A stretch of 64,000 nucleotides of DNA from Eutreptiella sp. 'Long Island Sound 2002'. Taxonomy: Eukaryota; Protista; Euglenida. The position numbers and the translations under genes are program-made. Below, piece by piece: positions 1 through 11,473 of the stretch. The DNA is taken from NCBI GenBank assembly GCA_964036045.1, contig OZ038378.1:2480001-2544000 (forward strand), in the 5' to 3' direction. The first letter of the stretch is position 1, and every line of letters begins with the position of its first letter. Under the pieces are notes generated by a model. That model saw nothing but the letters and a program-made list of their open reading frames with translations. It did no database searches and had not been told where the DNA came from.

Positions 1-280
1 CTGAATTTGTGTGTAGGGGCCATGTTGTTGCTCACGTCGTCCCTGCTCCTTCCATGGCCTTCCCGGCGGCATCACGCCTGGGAGCTCTTCCGCGACAGGA
101 CGCGGGGCTTGTGCCTGAGTTCAGCCGTTGCCGTTGTCACACCCATGTGCTGCTGCACGTCGCAACAGGACGCGGTTCTCGTGTCAAAAAGCTCCTGCGT
201 CAGAACGCAGGTTTCGGACATGGAGGTATTTTTGGGATTGAAACCTGTGAGATTTTTGCATCGGGTTACAAGCTCTGCTG

Positions 281-3200
281 CTAACGACCCTGTCCAAGGT
301 TCCTGCTTTTCCTGAGCTTTTGCCTCTTACGTTGTCGCCTGGTGTCGCTCACATCTGTGCTGAAGGAGAGTGTTTGTGCTGCAGACAGTTCATCCAACAA
401 ACCTCCCATTTGTGTGTGTCCTGCCCCTATGTCCTCACTACCCGAAGTGCTCGAGTTGTATGACTCCATTCCACGTGGTGCTGGCTCCCCGGAAGCTTCC
501 CCTGTCAGCTCATCACTATCCATGGGTACCATACCCAGGGATGGCCAGAGTGCTTTGGTGTCCTCTGATTCGGATCTTGACCCTCCCCTCGACCCCACCG
601 TGGACTCCGACTCGGATGATGATTGTTGTGTGACATGTCGGGACCACAGCGGGCTCGAGCACATGCCTTCCATCGCCAATCCATTCGCCACCTCATTCCC
701 CTGCACGTTGACATGTGTTGGGACGTGCTCCCACCTGACTTCTCTTCCTGGCTTTGCCATTTCCCGGAGCAGCATTTCCCAGACGGGCACGTGGACCTGC
801 AGCTTACCGGATGTGGTTGTCCATCCCTTTGACCTCCAGTGCTGTGCCCTGTCGCTCCCAGTCTTCCAGTTGCAAGTACTGTGAGTCGGTGAGGATTGCC
901 AGCTTTGGCACCCAGAACCCTTGTAGGGCTTCCAGTGCTGCCCAAAGCTCCGCTCCGTTGTTTGTTTGCCTGTGGCATGTCGGTACATAGCCGCGGAAAC
1001 GCACTTCAGGCCCTTGCTCATCTTCCGCTGCGAATACGCCAAAGCCACCTGCCCTGCGCATGTCCTTGTGGCTCAGTCTTTTTGATGACCCGTCTGTGTA
1101 CACAATCCTGTAACCCTTCGCAACTAGTTCTGCAATCAGGTCTTGTACTCCTTGAAGCACTCCCGGGCCTGCCTGCCTCGGGCGCTTTGGACGTGATTTT
1201 ATTTCCTTGTGCCAATTGTGTGTGCCGGCGTTGCGTTCTTGCATGAAGCACTCCGTGTGCGTTTGCCACCACGCACTCAATCCCCCATTTACTCGTACTT
1301 CCCCTTGTCGTGGCTGCACTCCCGTATCTCGTAGTTGCTCCAGTGACTGCTTGAAGCCTCTCCACTGCTCCCTGCGCTCTCCTGAGTAAAACCCAACCCA
1401 TTCACACAGCTCCCTGAGCCAGGTTGTCAGGTATGATGTGAACACCGGTGATGCTCCTGCTTTGACTTCGCATCGATATCGCCAGTGGGCACTTCTCGCC
1501 GACCATATTGCCCAGCCTTGATTCGTGTTCAGCAACCACTCCTGTTGGTCGCCCGTTCCCAGTTTCCACCGGGCCATAGTAGTGTTGTATCACCGCCGCC
1601 GCCGCTTTGAACATGGGGCACTCGACCATGGCGTGCTTGAATGTCTCCTTTTGCGAGCATATCGGGCACTTGTCCGTGCCCGACCTCTTGTAGACTCTTG
1701 CATGCACCGTCAGTTTGTGCCACAGCACTCGTTGTGCAAAGTCCCGCACCCTCGGCGGTAGTTGTGCTTGTGCCCATTGCTCCCATACCTCTAGTGTTTG
1801 TGGGTCACGGACCCCCGGCTGTGAGGCATAGAATTGAAGCATCCATGCCCTGGTCCAGTTTTGGATGTGGACTGTGGGGGTATCAAACCCCCCTTGTGAT
1901 GGGACTTTATTGAGGAGTCGTCCGCCGTGATTGTACACCCCCTTCCATGTTCGAGGCAGAGCATTCAACAGCCTCACGTCTTCCAAGGATTGTAATTGAC
2001 CCCACGTCAGTACTCCCCGCCGGATCATTTTCATGTTGTAGTAGGAGCATTTGAACTCATTCCGGAAGTATAGAGAGTGCCACAGTGGCAGCGGGTCCCG
2101 GTTTTTCGGGGGGGGCACCTGTGGGGCCACCTGTTGGATATATGAGTGTGCCTTTGCCGACCATCCGAAGAATGTCAGCTCCGCCGTCCGAACCATGCCC
2201 AGCGGGATATATGGGAGGTCGTCTTTGGACGGTGTGAACCCAATTGTTGTCGCCCATGCATAGAAGGTCTCCACTGCCTTGTTGGGATAATTGTGAGGCT
2301 CTCCCAAGAGGCTGACGAACGGAGCCGCGGCCGGGTGCATGAGAAATAGCTCTGGCTCCGGCAGTGCCAGTCCCCCGTGCGTCCGTGGCCGTGAGAGGAT
2401 TGGCAGAGTGATTCCCCAACTGTTGGTGCCCATGGTCACGTGGTATACTAGCTTCAGCTGCCTGATTACTGGGGTTGGGGCGTAGTATGCCTTGGATACC
2501 CAAGCCACAACTGGCAGGATCCATGATGCCAGCATGAAGGCGCGCTCGTCCATCGACAACTGCAGCGTGGATACTACCCGTGCGCGACGAAAGCCCTCTT
2601 GCAATGCTGGTGCAAAGGTCTGTTCTATTGTCAGCCCCCATCTGTGGTCATCTTGGTGGTGCCATATATTCCCTAAGCGTACACCCAGATACTTGACGAA
2701 GTTTTTGACGTCCACCCCAATGTCTCCAAAGCACCTTGCCCACTCCATTCCCCCACAGTTGCGAACTATCGCTGCCGCTTTGTTCAAGTTGACCTTCAGT
2801 CCAGAAAACTGTCCAAAGCAGGACACCACTTCCCATATGTTCCCCAACAGCTGCGGATTGGCCTGTGCGTCCAGAAAGATGATGAGGTCATCTGCATACA
2901 TCATGATAGTCAGTCCCGGATCCGGGTCTTGTAGCGGGAAGATCACAAAGGACGCCACCAGGGAGAGCAGTGCTGGGGAGAGTGGGTCTCCCTGGCGCGT
3001 GCCCGCACGCGTTCGCCGGTAGACCCCTGGGACGTATCCCTTACCCACTGAGTACAGATGCGGTGCACGCAAAAGATGCAGTATCAGTCGGATGTATAGG
3101 AACGGTATGCACATTAAACCCAAAGCCGCCGCCACCATTTCGTGAGACATCGTGGGGAAGGCATTTTTGAAGTACACTGACAACGCCGCTCCTTCACGTA

Positions 3201-5277
3201 AGCCATTCCAGAGAGCCCGTGAGCCATAGACATGTTGGAGGATACTTTTGTGACAAAGGAAGCCCGTTTGCTGTGACGGGATGCAGTGGAGAAGTACATC
3301 CTCCAACTGGATCAGAAGAATGCTGGTGAGCCACTTCTGTCGTGTCGTTTGTAGTGCGATTGGTCGGAGAGTGTCTGGCATTTGCATTGCTTTTGTCTTG
3401 GGGATCATTGTCACCACTCCCGAAGTCCATGTCTCCGGCATTGTACCCGCGTCGAGAAAGCGCTTTAGTGACTCATACATTTGCGGTTCGAAAATTTCTG
3501 AGAATCTCTTGAAGAATTTTGCCGAGAAGCCGTCCCGTCCAGGGGAGCCGTTGCTGTTCAGCCTCTTGAGACCTTCTTGTACTATGTCCAGGGAAAGCCG
3601 CTTGAATAGGAGTTGACCTGCCTTGCGCAGCCGCTGTTCCACTCCTAACGCCTTTAGGTAGGCCACACATTCTTCCTCCGTGGCTCCCGTTGGGGTGGAC
3701 ACTCGGTCCCAGTGTTCCACCAGCTCTTTGGCCACTGTCTTTGCTCCTCGTACTGCTATGCCTGCCGGAGACACCAGCTGCTGGAGTTTCTTTCGTTCCT
3801 GCGGCTCCCTCATCAGCCGGTACAATTCATTTCTTCGCGTTCTCGGTTCCCTTGATGTTTCCCCTGACACGATCACCCCCTTGAGCTTGGAGAGCGTTTC
3901 CATGCCCGTTTTGTCACACTGTGCTTTTTCATACACCCCAACTAGGAGGGTGTGGGCTGTTGCCGCCTCTGTTGCTGCAATTCCCAGCGATGAAAGAATC
4001 TGATACACCGCCGGTGTGACGGAGTCCCTTGTGGAGACACGTAGGAGCCGTAGAGCTTGAAGTTCAACTGACTGCTTTTTGTTTTTGTGTTCCCTTTGGT
4101 AATTGACCGCCTTCGTTTGTATGCAGCCCAGTGCATCTTCGCACCATTGGTCTCCCGTCGAGGTGATAGACTTGAGGGAGGTCTCCAGCTCTTCCATTGC
4201 CTCGGAGTCTTGGAGGATTGTTTCTGGACAGTAGAATCTGGGAATCGTGCCCTCCGTTTCAAAGGAGGGGGGTGTGAATTCAGCCAGGATCGCCTTGTGG
4301 TCTGAGTTGGCAGCAAACACGGGGTACACGCTAGTCGCCAAGCTCAACAATTCCGATGTCGTGTGGATGCGGTCAATGCGGCGTGATCTCTGTGGATCGA
4401 GCCGTTCTCCTTCCCGAGGGTAGCCGTACGAGAAGCCCGTTGGACACAATGACTCTTTGTCCTTGATATCCGTCAGAGTTGGACAATGGATGTCCACCCA
4501 AACGTCCTGCAAACCCGCTTTCGCCAACATTGCGACCTCTTGCTCTCGGGCACGTAAAGACGTGTCATGCTCAAACTCTGGGGGCGCAAAGGCGTCCCTA
4601 TGTTTTACTACCAAACTATTGTGATCGGCACATAAAATCAGGTTCGGTCCATGCAACTCCTTGGCGATGTCTTTCCATTGCGACTGTCGTCGCGTGTGTT
4701 TGTGATGGAAATGGACCATCACAGACCGGCCCAGGAACACAGATGACGCCAAGACACGCAAGCAAGGCCTAATCACGGCGTGAAATGGCAAAGGCCATGG
4801 AGTTGGACCATCAAGTCGACAAGGTCATCAGCTCCCTCAAACGCAAGCGGGACTTGAAGAAGGATGAGGCTTCGTCGTCCAATGGAGTGGCAAGATGACG
4901 TCCGCATCAAGCATCCCTCTGAGCAGCACGCTCGGAGTTTTGTCCCAAAATGTCAATGGATTTCAAACAAAAATAACCATGAGAAAGCGCAAGCAAACTC
5001 GAATAGTGGCCCTAGGGTCACTGCTTCGGTCCCTGGAGGTGGATTTCTTCGCCATCCAAGAACCCCACTTCGTCACGGCGGAGGATCGTCAGGCGGGCAC
5101 GCGGTGCCTATCGAAGTACGGGTATGGCTTGGACGGGCCACTCCATGAAGAAGGACGGGGAGGAGTGGCATTGGCATGGAAAACATCCAAGTGGACATTA
5201 CAATCAATGAAGTTCTTGTCTCCCAAGGCGCTGAAAGCCTCACTGTCGAGTGGTCCACTAGAGATCACTCTAGTGGT
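281..5277 (-). pseudogene. ORF2 (APE-RT-zf-RNase H) of the LINE, broken by frameshifts (~1530, ~850) and an inversion of its N-terminus
   Basis: The APE N-terminus (SQNVNG, IQEPH, GGVALAW) reads on the plus strand at 4895-5277. The rest reads on minus from 4718 downward. Confidence 0.9.
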
Positions 5278-5850
5278 GCGCTTTTTGCGCGCCTCATAGT
5301 CCGCCTCGGAGATCACAAACATTGGAGGCATTCCAAAATCCGACAAGTAGACTTTCCCAATTAGCTCTGACACACTTTCCCCGGTCAGTCGCCATGTGGC
5401 CGTGCGCATCTCCCCAACACTCCACCTGACACGGTCCGCGATGTACCGGCATTGTACCGAGGGAGCAAGGGCCTCCGTCAGATCCGAGAGATACCACCAG
5501 GGTGCCACATCCAAGATGTACAGTGTGCGCACCAGTTCCTTCTTCCACGTCGAGGGGACAGTGGGCTTGGAGATGATGTCTCTGTCGAGGAATTGTCCTG
5601 TCTTCAAGTCCTTGAAGACAGCCCCGATGGCCGCCACCGGTTCACGATACCTTGTCTTCAGCACCGAGTGCCCAGTTTCTGTGAGACCCAGCAATAGCTT
5701 ACTTGGGCCCAACACATGGATTTTCACTGGTGACTGTGCTTGCAAGACGCCTGGGATCGTCCAGAGCGTTGCGAGAACTGAGGCATACAGCATGGGCGAC
5801 CATGTTTCCTTGTGTGTCTTCTTTATCCGGACCTCATAGACAGCAGACAT
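4719..5850 (-). pseudogene. ORF1 of the LINE (MSAVYEVRIKK...EARKKR on minus; C-terminal TITDRPR...MELDHQVDKV...GVAR* on plus inside the inversion)
   Basis: Coding-like frame directly upstream of ORF2. Undoing the inversion restores continuity apart from one frameshift near 4780. Its stop overlaps the ORF2 ATG (ATGA, 4895-4898). Confidence 0.7.
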
Positions 5851-8419
5851 GTTTGTCAAGTTGGCCCCACGATACCATTCCACTGGCTGAATCGGGAACC
5901 TTGGCTTGAATCCGGAGAAAAGGGACACTTGGGAGCAAAGGGGTGGAAACGAAATGAGGAGAAAGAGAAAAGGGACAGCAAGGGTTGGAATGAAGGTATG
6001 AAACCCACAGGAAGAGGAGGAAGAGAGAAGGGATGGTGATGCAATGGCGATGCAAGGGTGATGCAAGGACACCGCACAGGCGATGTGTACAGGACCCTGT
6101 GGCCTAACCGTGGTTACCACACGGATTTTGACCGGACCCGAGGTGGAAAGGGAGGAGGGAGGAGTCTGACCAACGACTGCACAGGTAGGGCTCGCTAACC
6201 ACCACAAGGGATAGACAAGAGAAGCAAACAAGCCAAGTGACCGTGATCCACAACAGAGAGGAAGGGAGGCAAGATGACAAGCAAGGGGTGGCATAAACGG
6301 TGGTCTGAGGGGCAGCAACAGGAGGTGGGATGGAGAAGGGGAGGTGGTGGGAAGAAAGGGTGGATGGCAGACAAGGGGTGGAAGACGAGGTGGATGGAGG
6401 GGCAACAACGAGGCGTTGGATGGGGTAGGTGAGGCAAGAGGGGAGGGGGAAGGGGGGCCGCCAAGAAAAGGGGGAAGAGGGCGGCAGTGGCTGGAGAAGA
6501 TGGTGGATAGAAGGAAAAGACGGGAGGGGGCAGGGGATTGGCGGCGGGTAGGGGGGTAGGGAAACCTCCATGAGTTGGCCCCAACATCGGGGGCCTATGA
6601 TTGGCCATACCAAGCCATGGTAGGCAAGGTAGCCTCCACAGAAGTTCACTAAAGTTTTGTGGAGGTGTAGGAGCAAACGGGGGGGGGTGCAGTTTAGTTG
6701 GGGTTGTGGGCCCATGGGGGGACTGTGGGGGGTAAAGGGTTAAGAAAGTTGCGGACGGGTAGAAATTTTGGTAAACGGGGTGGGGGGGAGACACGCCCGC
6801 CACCGTACATGGCCCCTGCAAAACAACGAAAGCTTGTCACCCTTGAGGACCTGTGGGGTGGCACACACGTGATCCTACATGCCTTTTCTCCCCCCTGAAC
6901 TCTTACCCATTCTAGGCTTGCCATATGGCGTGGCGGTTTTGCCCACCGCACCAGAGAGCCCTTTGGTATACGCATGTGAACTCTGGGTCTTTGCCATGTG
7001 CCCCGCGTTGTGGGGATCCACTTTATTATATGGTGGAGTCGCCCACTTTCCCAAGCACAGTCTTGAGTACTCTTTGAACTTCTAGAGTCATTAAAAAAAA
7101 GTAAACGGGGTTGGGGGGAGACAAGTGTCGCAGTTGAAAAAAATTTTCACCTCCGGGCAAAACTTTTTTTGCCGCCCCCCCCTCCTCCTATCCATATGGA
7201 AGGAAGCACGGGAAACCTGCAGACCATGGGCTCACGTCCACCGGATGGCAACCACAAAAACATTGCACCAAGACAATGCCCCTACCATACATGACCTCCA
7301 ACAGCAACTTGCGCAACAACTCCAGAAACACAATGGATTCCAAAGGCCACGCAGTGCCACGCGTGTGGAAATTGCCTGAGATCAGCCCCCAAAACCGCTT
7401 GGCCAAAACCAAATCGGCACTGGGGGACCCCACAACACAATTCAAATGAACTAGCTTGGAACCAATATGTGGCATCGGCAGTGGATGTGTGCCAAGCCGT
7501 GTGCTCGTGCATAGACCTATGTGACCCACTCCAGTGACATATTGCTCTCTTACTCATGGGGCTAGAAACTTAGTCGAGAACTGCACATCCACAACAAACG
7601 AGGCGACAACATACCACTCAGGGTCAAGCACCCACAAAATGGTGGTGGCATACACGGGACTTATGGAAAAGGGCAAGAGACGCCGCCTTACTGAAGTATG
7701 CGTGATGTGGACCGAGGTGCTTGCGCGACGCGACATCTATCATTGGTACCAGGTGCAACTACAACACATTGCACCTCTTTTGTGTTTTCACATTATCTGC
7801 AAGTGTGTGAATGTTCTATGCTAGGCACCCATGGTATATATCATGTGCTAGGAGAATATGTGGATAAGGAAAGAAGAGAAATAATGATGGTCCCCTACCA
7901 ACGGGGGCCGTGAGCACGTGCCAAGTGGGCAATTTGAGTAGTAGCAACCTTTACTTCATTTCTGTCCATGGGTATCGGCCCTTTGTCTCCTCATGTGGAC
8001 CCCACGTTGTCGTGTTTTGAAACGGGCGAATAGTTGAGCACTTTTTGGGCTTGTGGTCTGTCGAACCAGCTTTAGTGTTCGCATGTTGTTTGGAGACATG
8101 AAGTATTTGGGTAGGCACATTGCCATACTTCAAGGTATGGAGTATGGTTGGCAAAACGCAGGGGAGTTTTCAATGTCCCTTGGAAAAGTGATGAGGCATT
8201 TTTGTAGGCAGATTGGGCTGGGAAACGCAACCGATATCACGAGGAATGTTTCGCGGAAGTTTTCAAACTTGCTTGGAAAAATGCTAGGACACTTTGGTGG
8301 CTGTGTCCGGCCCCAAAACGCAACCAATGTTGTTAGGAACGTTCCATGGACTGCCCAGCCAACAGCGATGAGGTAGCTCAGAAGAAATTTCGGTTGGGGT
8401 TTCTCTAATCAACCATGCG

Positions 8420-11060
8420 ATATGAGTCCCATTTGCTAAGCGTAAATGCTGAGCATCCCCAATTTCTGTGAGCAATATGACCACCATTTTCCCACCATCT
8501 TTTACAATCTATGCTATGCGTTCCAGCACCATGTGGAAGTGGATTGCAATTATGATATTGGTGGTGGTGGAAGATGCACTCCAAGTGGCAGTTCCGCCAG
8601 CACAGAAGGGGTTCTTGAAGCATTGACACATGCCGTGTCATGTCATCAATGCCAAAGGACTGTGGCGCTCAACGGATGAAGGGACCTTCCTCTCTATTGA
8701 TTTCGCAAAAGCGGGCGATAGTGTCTTGCACGCGTTTTTCGAGGCGGGGATGCAATATTTGGGATTGCCGGAGGACATGACGAGTTTGCTGGTCCACTGG
8801 TTGTCCGGGGAAGTCCGGTTCTGCGTTGACAATGGGGTGGCACCACATGTGGCAGTGGTGCCAAAATTAGGAATATGACAAGGGGATCCTCTATCTCCTC
8901 CATTTTTTGCTCTGCTAACGGTGTTTTTGACCTACCACTTTAAAGCACATTGCCTAGGGGCCGTGCTGATGCTCTATGCTGACGATCTATTGATCTGGAT
9001 CCCGGGGGGAGATGACACGGCATACCGGCAGGCACAGATGGCGATGCGTGTACTGCAGGAGTTTGGTGCCTATTTAGGGTTGCAAGTAAACATGGGGAAG
9101 TTGCTTGCAATGCCGAATCGACATTGTGGCCCGGTCCTTGCACAGTATGTGGGACCAACAGTCAAAGAGAGAGTGAGGTATCTAGGGGTACAAATTGGTC
9201 ACGTCAATGCAGAACAAGCCTATGCAGCACCAATGGCCAAAATGAAGGCACCTGTTGCCTTCGTGAAAACTTTGCCGTTTTACTTGTAGGAGAACGCTGA
9301 AATCTTAAAAATCCAGCGTGGTGCAGCTAACATCCAAGCTCCATGAGCCCTCGCAAAAAGTGCTCTCAGCTCTGAATTCAAGACGGTCCCCTATGGTCGC
9401 GGAGCCGGTGGATCATGGTGGGGTAGCAACATTCCCGTTAGCAGTGTGGGTGAGATACCAATTTGGCCAACTTTTTCAGACGGTGCTCAAGGAGAAATTA
9501 CAATTCACGGGGGTTTGGGTAGAGCAATTGGAGTCTTGGGCGCGCAACATTGGTCTATCGTTAAATCCGAACTTGTTTCCATACGTGCAGCTAGCAGTGG
9601 TGTCTTGGAGCACAGAGCTGGCTGCAAGCATCCTGTCAGATGTTTTCACGGCTGCGGTAAAAAGCGCCCGCGCCGTCGTTGGTGGGTCAGCCAGACTATA
9701 TGCCATTTTGGCACAATGTACTGTTTCGCAATTCAATGAATCACACGTATTATTCTCCCTACCTCCCACGTGGCTGCCAGTGTATCAGGCAATAGTCCCC
9801 TATGTCATCTCACTGCCCATCCAGGATCTCCCAAGGGCTTGGGTAAAGCCGGGTACCAAAATGCTGACATTCATGCAACCGTTGGATGCGCCGCAAAAAC
9901 GACAAGAACCTAGGATGTGGGAGCAACTTGAGAAGCTTAAAATGCTGGAACAACAAGAAGACTTCGTGCGCAAAGCGTTGTGGAAGAAAGTGACGTTGGG
10001 AACTGGAACCTAGAAAGCATATCATCAACCCAACTGTGTCATGTGCTCGGTCTCTGAAAATGTCAATGATGTGTTGAGCCGCTGCAAATTTTGGCCTGTG
10101 GCATGTGATGTTGTCACCAAGGCCTTTGGCCCGCTGTGGAGCGCAACAAGGGCAATGTGGCGCATGAAAAGGTTGCTAATTGATCAACCACTCCTCTCGT
10201 TACAAACTACACAGGGATTGGCACCGTGGGTTGCGCCACGAGCTGGTTGGGTACTCAGATGTGAGGTGAGATTTCGGGGTGTTAGTTCGTCGGTGAGTGA
10301 TTTAGTTACGCCCTGGATGCATTTCGTCTAGGCTTGGACCTCGGCAGCACAAACCTCCTTTCTCAGACAAGAGGCAACGCACCTATGTGATTGTCTGAGC
10401 TGGTTCTTACAAGGGCCACAAATGTTCCTACCTGTGCAGCCCCAAGGGGCCGTGATAAGGTCCAAAGCGGTTCAAATGCCCCAAAAAGAAAAACGGGTCT
10501 TCATTCTGCCCGAAAAGATGCCCGTTACCGAAGAGAAGGTCCAAACGGGGTGGGAGGTTGCATATGTCGACGGGTCCATTAACGAAGAGGGGGGGGGGTG
10601 AACTTCGCGGGCTATGGTGTATGGTTTGGACCCGGGGATACACGCAACGAGCAAGCTCCGCTGCTAGTGCATGAAAAGCAATCGATCACCAGGGCAGAGC
10701 TAATAGCTGCCGTGCGAGCCATCAAGAACAAATGCCCGGGGAAACCTCTTGGTGGTGTCGGATTCAGAATTGGTGTGTGTAGGGTTGCAATCCAAATGTG
10801 CAAAATGGGAAAGACACAAGTGGGTGGGCTCAAGGGGGGCATTGGAGCATAAAGGCTTGTGGGTAGAATTGTGGGGACAATGGCAACTACTGGGGAATAG
10901 TGTCGAAAACCCGTAGGTCCCCTCGCATGTAGGGGTGGTGGGGGTCAAAGAGGTGGACCCACGAGCGTCCAAAGGGGCAAGACAGGCCCTGCACAATGGA
11001 CTCCACACAAAGCAAGTCACACACATCTGGGAACATTAGGTTTGGTGGAAATGCCAAACA
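8420..11060 (+). mobile_element. Second, more degenerate non-LTR element of the same architecture (RT-zf-RNase H), multiply frameshifted; may extend upstream to ~7400
   Basis: SIDFAKAGDSV (~8695), QGDPLSP (~8880), YADDLL (~8975), YLGVQIG (~9180), LWKK plus a C/H cluster (~9980-10085), RNase H pieces YVDGS/GYGVWFG/RAELIAA (~10560-10720) and VPSHVG (~10915). Confidence 0.85.
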
Positions 11061-11433
11061 CATGGGACACAAACCCCAATTGGTCGGGGGGATCGTGTGT
11101 CACAAGTGACTTGGATGATGAATTTCTTGGCCCAAACAACCCCGTCTATGCTAATGGGGGCTAGAGGGGGGCACAGTGGGGGTAACCCAAGTCGGCCCAA
11201 GAAAAATTCGATAGCCAGATGGCGAACGCAAGGCAACATTTGGTGGCGATTTGGAACAGTGTGGGCAATGACCTATGTAACACGGGGGTCATATGGTCGC
11301 CAAGTATCCGTGCTTCCTTCAGGGATTCACCGTAGGAAATTGCTAGATTTCCCCCGCATGTCCGTCCTGATTTCAGAATATTTTTATATTTGGGTGGTCA
11401 CTTGCGCCCCTCCCCCCCTCCCCGCTGCATTGC

Positions 11434-11459
11434 ACTTTCTGAGTGTCTATTTTTTTTCG
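11434..11459 (+). ncRNA. Euglenid spliced-leader (mini-exon) sequence, perfect 26-nt copy
   Basis: ACTTTCTGAGTGTCTATTTTTTTTCG matches the Euglena gracilis SL exon as I recall it. It is followed by GTGTCTTTTTGTCC-ATG. Confidence 0.9.
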
Positions 11460-11473
11460 GTGTCTTTTTGTCC

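Larger units (their letters stand above)
281..6560 (-). mobile_element. Near full-length, inactivated non-LTR retrotransposon (L1/Tx1-like: pyrimidine-rich 5' region, ORF1, ORF2 = APE endonuclease-RT-CCHC zinc finger-RNase H)
   Basis: ORF 1402-4791 has the APE C-half (LCADHN, RIDRI, SDH), RT motifs (SPGRDG, RPIAL, RQGDPLSP, YADD, YLGV) and a zf-RVT-like CPICSQKETFKHAMVEC. RNase H lies in frameshifted ORFs 804-1577 (YTDGS, NNGAEL, TDSQY) and 281-1048 (HVPTHVNVQGNE). ORF1-like frame starts at ATG 5850. Element ends are approximate and no TSD was found. Confidence 0.93.

Noticed and set aside
5089-6821. Pro/Ser/Leu-rich ORF extensions upstream of ORF1
   Set aside because: They arise from the stop-poor polypyrimidine 5' region; the plausible ORF1 start is 5850.
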